A DNA stretch of 64,000 nt from Narcine bancroftii (taxonomy: Eukaryota): positions 206,274,001 to 206,338,000 of the forward strand of contig NC_091473.1 in assembly GCF_036971445.1 (NCBI RefSeq), written 5' to 3'. The stretch's first letter is position 1; the number at the start of each line of letters is the position of its first letter. Below are positions 14,501 through 28,000 of the stretch, piece after piece. The translations under genes and the position numbers were made by a program. The notes beneath the pieces are model-generated. The model did no database searches, had not been told where the DNA came from, and saw nothing but the letters and a program-made list of their open reading frames with translations.

Positions 14501-14620
14501 TTTAGTAGAGTGAATGAAAATTTAAGGAAATTGAAAATACTCGATTTTGTGATTATCCAATTAAAAGATCTGAAAGTCTTGCTCTAGATTCTGTATTACC
14601 AGCAGAAAGAAGGGCAGAAT
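11550..14620 (+). mobile_element. Degraded L1-clade LINE ORF2 (endonuclease-RT)
   Basis: RT motifs include RSSREGCPLSPALFVLAIE (about 13483-13540), a KINLF(A)DD-like segment and FFPRIYYLFQSIPIEIP, with many stops and frameshifts. Confidence 0.85.
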
Positions 14621-14869
14621 CTTTGTTATTTAAAGTATTATAATTCTCTCTTACATCTATTCCTACACTTTGTTTCCCACCTTCGTATCTAGTTTCAATG
14701 CACCTGTGCCTCTTTGGCAAACCATCTTGCAAGAATATTTGTGTCCCGCCAGTTCAGATTTAATGTGTCCCGTAGGAACATGTCCCACTTTCCCTGGAAA
14801 ACAGCCCTATTATAAATTTATAAGAAACGCTGTATTCTGCAGCTTAGCTTACCTTTAGTGCTATTCTTA

Positions 14870-15410
14870 AACGCAGATGCACGTGGCACTGGTAGCAATC
14901 CTAAGATTGCTATCCTATAGGTCCTGTCCTTTAACCTAGCTCCTAATGACCTAACACACCTTTCAGAACCTCCTCATCCTTCCTGTCCGCACATGGGCCA
15001 CGACATCCTTCCCTCCTGAGTATCAGGAGAATACGATACGATGCAGGACAATGTGCATATAGCCTCGTGACGAGCATATTTTCCAATGCGAATGTGCACT
15101 GTACCTTTATTCCTCGGTATTGGAATACATCTCCGATTCTGTTACTTGACTGTGTAGTTCTGGATTACGTGCCACCTCCCAAATATACATCTCACATTCT
15201 GAATTAAACTCCATCTACTATTAAACTGCCCACCAGCCCAACCGTTCAAGATTAAATATTTGGAAAAAGGTCTTCACAATCTAAAATTACAGACAGCTCA
15301 GATTCATTCGGAAATTTGATAATCCCGCCACATACAGATTCATTTACATGATTGACGTTGATGATAAACAGAAATGGTCCTTGCACATAAGCAAATATCC
15401 AAATTACGTC
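14870..15410 (-). mobile_element. Old CR1 fragments (ORF1-like piece about 14880-15050 and RT piece about 15100-15400) upstream of the family C V
   Basis: Shares TTCTGAATTAAACTCCATC and GAAATTTGATAATCC blocks with the other cassette CR1 fragments. Confidence 0.55.
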
Positions 15411-15624
15411 ACCTCTGAACTATTATCAGGGTCATATCAGGGACTGGAACATATTACAGAGAATCACTTCTCTCCCATTTGGTCCGCCGGTAAGCACAGT
15501 ATTGAGACAATAATCCTTACTAATAATTTTAAGACTCCACAGTGGTTTTCTCCAGAAATGCCTCCTGTGAGAATCTAAGTTTTGTTTCACTTCCGGATAT
15601 GGAAATTTCTGTGCTTTGTTGCAC

Positions 15625-15925
15625 AATAGTACGGTGATAATTCATTGTCACAGATTCGATTGAGCTGACTCTAGAAGAATAATGAAATGTTAGAATGAAC
15701 TGCAGTTACCCATCAGCATTTATTGACGACACTGTTATTTGGTACATTTGATGAACTGATGAATAGTCAAAATATATTCTTGAGGAATTGAGTAATTGAT
15801 TTGAAGAGCGATCACGATTCTCTAGTCCGGAGTTATGCTGGTTATAATAAGAGTTTCAGTTTATTCCTTAAACTATCTCTGTGATCCTTGTATTGGATGC
15901 CAAATTGTTTGTGTGTGTGCCATGA
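15625..15925 (+). pseudogene. TCR V pseudogene, family C
   Basis: Manual translation across frameshifts gives YGDNSLSQ…ELTLEE**NVRMNCSYPSAFIDDTVIWYI**TDE*SKYIL…IP*TISVILVLDAKLF…CAM. It is collinear with 57454-57726. The heptamer is deleted and a decayed leader lies near 15500-15545. Confidence 0.8.
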
Positions 15926-16340
15926 TGCGGGGAAGCAGCGGATCTGAACATTGACCAATACCCGGTAGTTCAAGTGAGCAGTCACCAAAAGTGACACTCC
16001 CTGGGCTCAAGACTAGTGATCAGATACAGAATAATTTTCTTCAGTTTATACATGAATGAACATGGCATTTAATCGTTTTTCATGTCCAATTGGTTTCAAA
16101 ATCAGGAGAAGATATTTTTTGATTCAACCAATCGCATTCTGTAGCCGGCAAATGATTGACAATGCAAGAGATATTTTGGAGTATGATGGATATTGTACAT
16201 ATTGTGCATCACGGAGGAGGTGTTAGTGCTGGGTGCGTGAGCTGACAGGAATGAAGAAAAGTTAAAAGTGGAGTGAATGTCCCATTGCGATCTAAATGCG
16301 ACTGATTAAATCCTGAGATTTTTTTTTCAGGTTAGATAGA

Positions 16341-16386
16341 ATGCTTTTCCTCCTGTCCATTTGGATTATAATGCACGTTTTACGTG
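16341..16386 (+). other. Orphan V-gene leader exon (family D), ATG and GT donor intact; no V exon found
   Basis: ATG…MLFLLSIWIIMHVLR-G|GTGAAT is 46 nt, phase 1 and hydrophobic, the same length and phase as the family B leaders. An L1 begins about 160 bp downstream. Confidence 0.65.
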
Positions 16387-16544
16387 GTGAATTCATGTTT
16401 CGATGGCGTTGCTTTTATTATCTTCCTGAGTGCTCAGAGTTTAAGAATAATTATTATACGTTTATTGTACAATATACAAATGTGCAAATAGAAATACATA
16501 TGTTCATATTTGCTGTAACCAAACGCCTAGGTGCTGAGTAAACA

Positions 16545-19500
16545 ACAGTATGCGTTAAACCGATTGTAAATATATAATAAATATGAAAGATATGTGTATA
16601 ATAAAACCTAACAAATTAAAAATCATAAACTCAAATTTCGTTAACTTAGGAATTTTCATTTCTCTTTCAAAATTATCGTTCACTAACGCTCTAATTTGAT
16701 AATAAACAATCAAAGAATTCACTGAAATTCCAAATTTATCTCTACGTTGATTAAATAATAAAAGTTTACCCTCATCAAAACAATCCTGCAACGACTTAGT
16801 CTGCCATTCTCTTAGAAATCTATTCTTCAATGAAAAAGGAATCAATTTACTTTGATATATTTGGGCTTCAACCGATATCTTACATTTGATTTTGATTCAA
16901 ATCTCTAACAAATGTTTCAAAATAGGTACATTATATCTCTGTAATAATTCCACAAATACAAATTTATGTGAAAATGTTCAGATATACCAGCCATTCCTAC
17001 ACTGGCCCAACTAGGGTGGCATGAAACATCCAGCCTGCGATTAATAAATCTTAATTGAGTTGCTTCATAATAATTTTGAAAATGAGGTAATTGTAAACCT
17101 CCCAAAGCATATTTACAAATCAATAAATGTATCGCTACTCTGGCTAATTTTCCCTTCCATAAAAATTCTCGAACTACTTTATTTAAATCCTGAAAAAAAG
17201 ATTTCGAAAGTAAATACAGAATCGACTGGAAAAGTTACTGAATTCACGGAAAGATATTCATCTTAAAACAAATTACTCGATCTATTGTTCTCGATCGACA
17301 AAGCTAAATCCTTCCATTTAATCAAATCCACGTTAATCTTTTTTTCATTAATGGTACATAGTTTAAATTATACAATGATTGAATATATACATTAATCATT
17401 ATCACTAAATATTTAGTTTTGTCAATGCAAATGAGTTTTATAACTCGTCTACATTGCTCATAATTTCCCTCAGAATTTGGTAATATTTCACTTTTATCCC
17501 AATTCACTTTATATCTTGATAGTTTACCATATTGTTCTAAATATTCTTGAAAGTAAATTAAAGATCGTTCCTGATTAGTTACATATATCAAATCGTCATC
17601 AGAAAATTAATTAATTAATCATCTGTTACCCTTATTCTCATTCTGACTAATAGCTGGAGCTAACGGTTCGATGACCAACGCAAATAGAGCTGGTGACAGA
17701 GTACCCTCAACCTTGACAAGTTGAATGCGATAATTTAAAGAAGGAAGTGGTTTGACCATTTTTCGACACTCTAGCAACGGGATTATTATATAATGCAGTC
17801 ACTTAACCAATAAAAAGAATCCCAAATTATATTTCTCCAAAACTTTAAATAGACAATTCCATTCGACCCTATCAAAAGCTTTTTCAGCACCTAGAGCAAC
17901 TACCATTGGTAGGTTAGGTTGCTGACGTGAAACGTTGATCAGCAAAATCACTCTAAGTATATTGTCAGAGGCACACCTATCTTTAATTAAACCAACCTAA
18001 TCAGCATCTAGCAATTGTGTTAAATACTTAGCTAGACTATTCACCAAAAAATTCACTCTTATTTTGTAATCTTCTTTTAAGAAAGAGATTGGCCGATATG
18101 AAGCTACATTCAAAAGATTTCTATCATTGTTGGTATTACCGTTATTATTGCACTGAGATACGAGTCTCATAAAGCATGCTCTTGCATTACCCGATCAAGA
18201 AAATCCATAAATAAAGAAGACAAATCATCATAAAAATGTATAAAATGCAACAGTGAACCCATCATCTCCTGGAGACTTCCCGTTAGGAATTTGTTGAATA
18301 ATATCCTTTATTCTAAATCTGTAAAAGTATAATCCAGTTTCCAAAACATAATCTTCCCCTAATATTGGCAGATTTAATTCTGACAAAAAGGATTCAATGG
18401 AAGCATCATCTCGAACTCACTCAGAATCATATATTGAATAGTAAAATTATAAAAATTGGTCACTGATTTCCTGAGGTTTAAAGGTAACTGAGCTATCCTT
18501 CCACACAGCGTTAATAGTTCTCGATTCTATTGTTCTGTTTTCAATTGCAAGGCTAAAACCTTATGGCCTCTGTCCCCTAACTAATAATAACGTTGTTTAG
18601 ATCTTTGAATCAAACTTGTAAATTGATATGTTTGTACACTATTATATTGTATCTTCAATGTCGTCAAAGCTGCCTTATTCTTTTTTTCCAAATCAATTAT
18701 CTGTTTTTCCAGTGACAAGTGTGTTCATCAAAAATTTCCTATTTTCCTCGGATGCATAGAAAATAGTTTGAACACGTAAAACCCCCTTCAAAGCATCCCA
18801 TAAAGTTAAATTACTCTGAACTGTATTCAAATCTAGAAAAGAAAAAAATTGATCCTTAATGAATTTTACAAATTCTGTTTTGATTAAACAACATTGCATT
18901 AAACCTCCACCGAAAAACTGATTGAATTACTTCCGGCCCAAGAAATAAATAACAATTATTGTTCAGAAATATATTCTACTCTTATATTCAGCTTGAATAA
19001 AATGAGATTGCAAATATGCTGATGCCGAAAATAAGACAACCCTTGAAAATGAATCATGACTCGAAGAATAAAATGAAAAATATTTTCAGTAGGATTTAAC
19101 CTTCTCCAAACCTCTATCAAATATGTTTTTAATCAAAGAAACCACTTGGACCGCTGCTATTGATTTTCCCAAGATTCAATAATGTATCTAATGCACAATT
19201 GAAATCTCCCCCAATCAAAATATTTTCTTTAACGTCAGACACAACTTATTCATCATCAACATTACGTGCATACACATTCAACAAGGATGATAACTCAGAA
19301 AAAAATTACAATTACTCATTAAGATTTGGCCAACTGATTTCACCAAAGATTCAAGTTCAAATGGTATTTTCTTGTGAATCAAAATCCAAACTCCTTTAGC
19401 TTTCGAATTGAAGGAAAATGAAATTACATGACCAACCCAGTCGCTCTTCGATTTTAAATGTTATTTTTCAGTTAAATTAGTTTCCTCCAAAAACAGCAAT

Positions 19501-20509
19501 ATTGACTTTCTTTTTTTTATATAGACTAAAACACGTTTATGCTTAATAGGGTTATTTAAACCCTGCACATTAAATGTTGCAAAATTCAAACTGGACTTTG
19601 TTGTCAGAATAAAATAAAAAACCCTCCTTCTATTACTTCAATCCAAAAAAAATATCCTATCTTTAATAAGATAAATTAAAGCTCCCGTTGCTAAATAGCC
19701 CCAATATCAAACAGCCACTAAACAACCCCCCCCCCCCAAAAATAAGGCTTACACAATGAAAGGTATTTTTTGAAGAAATGTAGAACCTACAAAAATAATA
19801 ACACCCCACTTAACTGGGTGTGGAAAGAAATAAAATACCCTCGCAGGTGCTGAATAACTTCCAAAAGCTTCAGTGACATCCAGCCCCCCTCCCCAACCGG
19901 ACTTACAAAATTATATCTAAGTCTGCTCACGACCCCAATGTATTCAATCCCAAGGCTTTTTCTGGATCATCAACTCTTTGACATATCTGCTTTCCCATTC
20001 CCATTTCCATTATTTGTATCAGGTGTCACCCTCATAGGTAAAGAATACCTTTCAGTAGCCCTGCCTGGCAAATAATTAGCACAAATGAAAGCATCGTGAT
20101 CACTCTCAAAAAAACTGTGATTGGAAATTACATAAAAGTCTTCATAACTGCAGGTTTAGTGTATCTAAAAAAAACATTTATCTCCCTTCATTCAAAGCAC
20201 ATCTTTAGCAGAGTTAAATTCTTTACACCTTTTAATAATTTACATATTTAAATCCGGGTAAGAGAAAACCTAATTTCCCTGTACCATTAACGGAGACTGA
20301 TATTGTTGTGCATTTTGGTCTGCGACTCTCAAAATAGTTTCTCTATCCTGATATCATAAACAACGAATCAAAATAGCTCATGGAGATTGACCCGGATATG
20401 GTTTGCTTCCTAAAGCGCTGTGTGCCCTATCTAATTCCAAACCACCTGGAAAAAAATTCAATCCCAATACATCAGGGATCCATTAAAAACAATATATATA
20501 CAATGTATC

Positions 20510-20540
<31 letters not shown>

Positions 20541-21715
20541 TACAATGTATCAATTCCTTCCAGGATTCCCACTATTTTGACAGTAGTCCGTCGGCTTTGG
20601 TTTTCCAAAGTGTCTATCTTCTTCAATGTCCTTCGTCTGAATTTTCTATACACAAAGGAATCTTCCACTTTTTCTGTTTTTTTCTTTATTATGTTTCACC
20701 TGCTCTATACAGAGTTGAAATGCATCTTCTATTTTCTTAAAATTGTCTTGAACTGCATCCACCACATTCAAGCATCTTAACAATAGAAACTTCTTCACAA
20801 ATATTATTCATTATTCCAGTCATAAATCCATGATCAATCTGACAAGACATTTGTGTTGACTTATTTCCCATTTGATGAGCTATAGATTCCAAAATTTTTA
20901 AAACAGCATCAAATATAGTGTGACTCGTCTCTCCCTGAGGCCTACCTTCTTTCACTTCAGTTACAATCAATGATTATTCTTCCATTGCTTCAGTTTGAAA
21001 GTAAGTTTTCTCTCGTTGTTCCTTTAATTCTATAAACGATTTTGGCACTTTGCTTCTCGCCTTCATGCCTACAGATCCAGTCCCAACGTGATCAGCCCAT
21101 TGCCGACCAACTTCGCTGACAGCCCAAACCCTATCAAAATATCACGGATCTGGGACGCACCATGAATGCCCAACAGCCTCGGGACCCGTGAATGCGCGTC
21201 TTCCAACATGCTTTCTCAGGCCTCTGTGCCTTGGGGACCCACAGCGGTGTCACACACCGGGCCCAACACTGTAGACTCCCACTTCCATGTACAGTGCACG
21301 TGACATCGCGAGTCCGCTAATCAAGATATGAAGAAAACATTGGAAGTATTGGAGTAATACTTGAGCAAGCTGGAGTGGGTTGCTGCTTTGCTGGCTGTCC
21401 AATCGATTACTTGGATTCCACTTGGTAAGTAGGCCTCATTTCTTCTCTACTCTTAAAAGGAAGTTTCTTCTGAATCTCTGCTTTTGATTTATTTGTATGA
21501 TCAGCCATTATATTCTTTTAACATTAAGACAACTTCAAAGCAAACTTTCAGTACTTTTTTTAGTACTTTAATTTGGATATTTATTAGTCCAACTGGGGAA
21601 GACGGAATTCCACTTCTTCTTCCTTCGCTATCAGGCCATGCCCCGCGTTTGTTTGTCTTTAGCTCCACATGCGACAGCGAAGCAACAGGTCTGATCAAAA
21701 AAAATACAGATTTTC
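16545..21715 (-). mobile_element. Large degraded L1 (5' UTR, ORF1, endonuclease, RT; 3'-truncated)
   Basis: On the minus strand, the ORF1 motif IDTLENQSRRTTVKIVG is at 20483-20668 and the EN start FATFNVQGLNNPIK is near 19590. Also LWDALKGVLR, DAEKAFDRVEW-like sequence near 17880, and LGGLQLPHFQNYY. Confidence 0.9.
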
Positions 21716-22639
21716 CACCGAATGACTAGTGGGCCCAGCCAGGTAAACAGAGGTGAATCAAAGGTACCCAAACATAACAACACCGAAATCACTGTAACAG
21801 TTAGGCATTTGAACAAGTCATCCATTAAATGACCACCCAATGGAAACAATGTATATTACCTCTCGACAAGTAAGCTCTGCATTATCATAACCAGAAGCAC
21901 CAGCGTTCAGAGCAAAGTTAACATTGCATCAAATTAACTCAACAAAATAAGGAATTAAGCACAAAGAACAGCAAAAAGAAACAGAGATGAGAGTTACAGG
22001 CTTCTGTTTAATTTCAGTTTGGTTTCAGCACACAAGGCCAGTCAAGACAATACTTGGAAGCAAATATCTCTGCTGTGGACGTCAAGACCGATGAAACACA
22101 AAGATCGGCTTCCCTTCCTCGCATCTTTCAAGCCAATATACAGTCTTTAAAAAATAAAATAAATCAGAGGAATTGAGAGAACAGAGGTACAGGAAGAATC
22201 ACACATATATAAGGATGCGGCGATTTCTGCTTCATGATTCATGCCTCCAGTTTGAATGTGGCGATCCTCTTCAGGGGAGCTACCTTTCTTGGAAAACAGA
22301 GTTGAAGTGCTTACCTTTTATCTACGTCGGTTTTTGTTGCCATTTGAGATGGTAGTGAGAATGCTGAATGACGAAATGAACTGCTCGCACTTACCATCCG
22401 AGACTCTCAGTTTAATGAAACAATATTTATTGTTTGTCTGTATGTATGTGTGTTATGTGTGGTTGTATGTGAGCGTATTCTTACAATGAGGATCGGGGCT
22501 GTTTCACAGCGTTAGACTTGAACAATCAAATGAAAATAACCTAACTTGAATTGATTTGGCTTTACTAACCGCACTTGATTTCCGTCTTCAGGCAGACATT
22601 GAGTCTACATTGGAAGATCTAAAAATATTATACAGCTTA

Positions 22640-23010
22640 TCATGATGTCGTCTGCTTCGCCACTGTGACATCAACTCGGCCAACCTAAAGATGACAAATA
22701 GGAACTACCATTATTACATCTAGTGCGACACCAGTGGATCGAAACTTTTCGACTACTGCCATCAAAGATGCATGCCAATCCCTTAACGGTCGCTCTTTGA
22801 ATCGTCAGGACACGTGGCTGAGTGTCACGTTACTGAATATAGGAAGAAACAGAAGAGCATGGAAAATGCAATATAAATGACGCAGAGATGGTCTGGTGTG
22901 GAATCAGACCGGCTTCGGGCCGGACAGGAGCCGGTGGACTCTGAAATGATCATGGACGTGGACTAATCTGAAGGAATATGCCACAGTTGTTACGGCCTTT
23001 ATCAGGAATT
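22640..23010 (+). mobile_element. Rex1/Babar-like LINE fragment
   Basis: Degenerate matches to the …TAIKDA…, QRWS… and EYATVVTAFIR linker motifs of this clade, recognised by eye. Confidence 0.5.
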
Positions 23011-24886
23011 CATCCAGAAATGGTAATTCCGCTGCAGAGCACTACCCGCAGAATTTAGCCAGAGGGGGAGTTAATCGGTATGTAAACACGTGAACCCCCG
23101 AAAGAATGAATAACCTGCTCTTTTAGCGGGTATGCCAGCAACTATAGGAATAGAGAGGATTTCTCACTTGATTCCGTATATTATGTTGGTCAAGTGCAAT
23201 ATAAGTGCATGAAGCTAATTTTCTTGAATTTTAACTATGGTCAGATTACAAGAAGAACAACGAACTGTAAAACTGTTTGAAAAATAGGTAACATTAGAAA
23301 TAGTTCGCAGGTTTCTGATTCAGCCGCCAGCATGCTATTCCATATAGTTACTGGTCTCATCTGCCATATCTTCGAACACAGGGCCTCAGTGGGGCAAGAG
23401 AGCAACGAGCGAGAGGGTGTTTGGGGATGAGTATGACAAAAGTGCAACTTCAGATAAATTGTTCGAAGAAACTCTTAGCATCTTTGCTACTTAGACGCAC
23501 ATGCATCTTGGTGACATCAGTTAACTTTTGCATATTTCTCTTAGCCTTATCACGCCTATTGTAGGGATACGTGAACAGCTTGATCCTAAAGAGATCATGA
23601 TTCAAAAACATTTATTTTCAGATTTATTTGTTGGTCAATGATATGCCATTGCCGGACAGTACCCAAACGCATGCGTCGATGGAATGCCATTTCCTCGTTC
23701 TTCGAGCCATTGATTAGGCTTTTATATTATTACAGTTATTCAAGTAAAGCACACAATATATTTCCTCAACGTGATTCGAATTTCACGTATCCGCGAGCTG
23801 AAATACTGAAGAGCTCAGAGGATTTGAACTGAGCCCTTCCCATCGCGCAGTTTTCTCACAACATTGAAACGTGTGACTGAATCAAATGTTGCATTTGTTT
23901 ATGCTGCTGCCAGTTGAACGGCACGAGAGAAACGATTCCGACGGTTATGACTCATTTTTTGTTGATATTATAATTAGATTATTTAAAGCCAAATATGCAA
24001 TTAACAGGACAAAACATAATATCTCAAATACAGAAACGAGCGAGTTATCCATGATACATAATGATTATAATCCCTCATCCTACCCAGCCAAGAGAGNNNN
24101 NNNNNNNNNNNNNNNNNNNNNNNNNNNNNNNNNNNNNNNNNNNNNNNNNNNNNNNNNNNNNNNNNNNNNNNNNNNNNNNNNNNNNNNNNNNNNNNNNNNN
24201 NNNNNNNNNNNNNNNNNNNNNNNNNNNNNNNNNNNNNNNNNNNNNNNNNNNNNNNNNNNNATATAGCGATATTTGTGTGGGTGAAGGGGAAGCTGATGGA
24301 AACCCGAGAAGTCAATGTGAATGCCATCTGGATAGATGATTCCCAGAGCGATTATGACGTTTTTCCCTCCAATGTCCGTGTGATCTCAGTCTGACAGTTT
24401 TCCAGAACATGCCAGCCATTTGCATAAGGGAATCGGACATGAATAGAAATGTTCAGTTCCTGGGATATCCTGCTATGGCGACACTCAAAGTTGAGATACT
24501 GAATGATGCGATCAACCAGTCTGACATCGAAGCCAACACTCAGGGACGGAGGAAGGGAGAAGGGAAGGGAGGAAGGGAGCAAAAAGAGCGAAAGAGTGGA
24601 ATTGAGGTGGGTAAAGAGGGAGAAAATGTTAAGGAATTCCAGAAAGAAGGCACGTATTCAAATTGCGGTCGAAGGTAGTCTGAATGCATCAGGATCGACC
24701 TCTTGCAATCACCCATCAATGCAGAGCACTGACTGAGAAATCAAAATTTAGGGGAAATGCCCGCTTGATATATCGAAATAGAAACATGCCCCTGATCCGC
24801 ATTTCATCACATCTCTCTGATCCAGAGTCCAAGCACTACAGATTAAATAAAGAGGGCATGTTTCCCCCACCCCCACACCAAACAGA

Positions 24887-24932
24887 ACGCCGTTCCTCTG
24901 GTCATTATGGATTCTCATGTACGTTTTACCAG
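24887..24932 (+). pseudogene. Second family D orphan leader exon (ATG>ACG, donor GT>AT)
   Basis: ACG CCG TTC CTC TGG TCA TTA TGG ATT CTC ATG TAC GTT TTA CCA G|ATGAGT is homologous to 16341-16386. Intron 25010-25080 matches 16441-16530, and an L1 follows at about 25100. Confidence 0.6.
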
Positions 24933-25099
24933 ATGAGTTCATGTTTCCATAGAATTTGTGCGACACACTGTACTTTTTTTCTATTCTTGGCTGCTGCTTT
25001 ATATTAATTATAATGTTTATTATCGTTTTAATTGAACAATATACAGATGCGCAGACATTCGTACTTGCTGTAGCCCAGCATACATTTGATAAATAAATA

Positions 25100-28000
25100 A
25101 GGGGACTTCCTTCTGGACGATGCTGGAGTAGCAGCTTTTTGAAGTTGCTCGAGCTTATCTTGTCATTTTCAAATTTTTTGTCCTTATTCTTAAACTACAT
25201 TGCGCATCAAATTGATTAGATTAACGTCAGTAATTGTCTTCAATATGGATAGAAGGAGATAAGAGGATCCTCCTGCGTCTTGGGAATCTCTTATGGAATT
25301 GATTCGACAACATACGAAAGAATTATCTGATGAGAAAGAAATTCGTAAAGGAATTTAATGGGATGAATGCTAAATTGGATTATTTTCAAGAAATGTAAAA
25401 CGATCATGATAGACGTATTCATGATAATGAAGCAATCTCTACTGTTTTCGATGGAAGACTGAATGATATTTCAAGTGTTATGTAAAAAACTATAAAATAC
25501 TAATTAAGAATTAAGGCAGAGGACCATTAACCTAGAAAACAAAAGCAGAAGAAATAACTTACAAATTCTGGGCCTGAAAGAGTCAATTGAGGTGATTAAC
25601 CTACTAAATCCTTTGAAAGTTTTTTTGTTAGAAATATGTTGTCCTGGAGTCTGCCGACTCTCTCTGTCAGTTCCAGTCAGATAACTCAATGGGTTGTTGT
25701 GTGTGTTAGGTCTGCTTTGTTCATGAATGAGTGAGACAAACACCAGGCTGAGTCGAAATCAGGGTTCTTTGTTCTTTATTACCGGATTGTAACACTTGCG
25801 ACTAACAAAGTTAGTCGGAGAATGCATTCTGCCGTTATCAGCAAAATGGTGATTTTTTATACCCTTGGATACATGCTTAGAACATCATCATATCATTACT
25901 TGTCCAATGACTAAAACTGTTGCTATCCTTTCCCTGCTAGCTTCCTGCCTCTCAATCCATCAATGTCTCTCTTATCTTGTAAGTACAAGGATGCATTCTG
26001 TTACTCCTTAGTACTGGGTGACTCCTACTCCGGTCCCATCTCATGATGTTTTACCTAACAGTACAAGGACACCTCCCCTTCTTGTTACTGCCCTGTACAG
26101 GGTAACTCCCTACACATTCCCATCTCATGATGTTTTACCTTACATGTGTCTTCATGAAATTCAAACTAAGAAGTTTTTAAACACGTGAATATCATCGAAG
26201 AGGAATGATGGACTATGAAGGTTAGAAGATTCATCTCATTGAAGATTATACTCCCGATGTTACAAATAAGAGTGTTAGATATAAGAAGATATAAGAAGAT
26301 ATAAGACTAGGCCTTCATTCATTTTTCTAATGCACCTTCGAATTACACTGAAGAACAAATCTAAGCAGTAGTTTTGTTCCAATTGAGATGCCCACGAGTT
26401 TTTGGATGAATATTTGCCATCTATTTACTCTCCATCAGTGTAATGCTTTCTCTAATTCACTGTAGATGATTAAATTTTCGAATCTTTTAATTAATAGAAT
26501 AAGGTCTTAATACTTTAATGTTTTAAGTGTTTATAAATTTTGATTTGAGTGTTTTGACACTTATCTAAACACGTAGATTATAATATTAAGCTTCCTGAAT
26601 CTGATTTAACTATTTAAATTATTCTTTTACTGCAGAGGTATCTACTCGTTTCGATAAATGCATCAATGGAGATGCTTCATTAATTCATGTTTATGAAGGG
26701 ACTGTGGAAAGATGGCACGTGTAATCTGACCTCTCTGGCCAACTTTTAAGTACCAGTTTTTTAACCCTTTGTTTCCAAGTTTAAACTTTTAAAATTTCAG
26801 TTTAAAGTATTAGGGAACAATTATGGTCATTAACGGTAAAAAGGATTAAACCTCAAGTGCAGAAGAAGTGACATTTTCGATGTGCTGAAGATTGGGGGCC
26901 TAAACTACTTGATACAGCCTCAGGTTTAATTTCTTCAGTGTCTAAACCTCAAACATCGCCTGTGGAAATGCATCAGGAAGTATTTCAACCTGAAGAAATC
27001 GTTAACCTCCGTGATTTCATTTAAAAAAACGAGATGTGGGGTAGACCAACGGCAACTCCCTGAGGAAGTCGGAGTGCCGTCACTGGAAGTCCAGACCCGC
27101 AGTAAAACTTTCAAAATGGCTTCTGTTGAGTTGCAGCAGGGGCTGCAGTTACCTCGTTCTGCCACGAAGTCAGAGAGAGTAGGACTGAGCTTTTCTGATC
27201 TACAGTGTATGCCTCTAAATGCAGTTATTCAGCCTCTAATGAATGAGATGATTCAAATGATTGCTAGTATAAGTTTAGAATTGAATACAGTTAAAGCATG
27301 TGTGGATGCATCTCATGATGAATTTTGTTTTAAATTCAGACTGCTTTTTCGGACAAGTGGCTTTTAACACAGAAAAAGTGTTGAAGGTTGAAAAATCAAT
27401 CATAGAATTGGGAGAATGCGAGAAGGAGCTAGAGAGGAAAATAGACTACTTGGGAGAATCAAAGCAGAAGGAATAATGTGGAAATTGTTGGTTTGCCTGA
27501 AGGTATAGAAGGACAAGATCCTCTTCGTTTCTTTAAAGACTGGATCCCGCAAGTATTAGGGCAATATTTTTTTTTTCTGGAATGGAAAGAGTCCAACTTC
27601 TTCTGAATTAGGCTCTTCGAGATTGGAATCCCTTGGATGAAAATAACAATTTTCTTTTTCTTACTCTTTTTTTTGTTATTATGATATTTTGATGTTATTC
27701 ATTGTTTGTCTGGGGAGAGAGAGATTTGCTCTAAGTTCTTTACAAGTCATCAGCCACTGGTGGATGACCCACACCCAATTTCTGCTTAGGGGATTACTAC
27801 CTTTTGGTTGTTGTTTATTTTGGGGGGGGGATTTTTTCTTTTCTTTTTTTAGATTAATTGAATATTGCAATACTTACAGCTGGTGTTCAAAAGCGGTTGT
27901 TTCAACCCATTTCGTTTGAGGAAATTTCCGAGGTTGTCAACATTCGTGGAAGTCACCAAGCCATTATGGATTTTCTGGTGAATTCTATAATGCTTTTTTT

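Noticed and set aside
22329-22370. Perfect reverse nonamer GGTTTTTGT (possible J-segment RSS)
   Set aside because: There is no CACTGTG-like heptamer at 12- or 23-nt spacing and no FGXG motif downstream.
22655-22700. CACTGTG heptamer (also at 37341)
   Set aside because: There is no matching nonamer or J coding motif, and it lies in repeat-derived sequence.
24418-24425. Ig octamer ATTTGCAT upstream of the orphan leader at 24887
   Set aside because: It is about 460 bp from the start codon, and I saw no octamer before the paralogous leader at 16341. It is expected by chance in 64 kb of AT-rich DNA.
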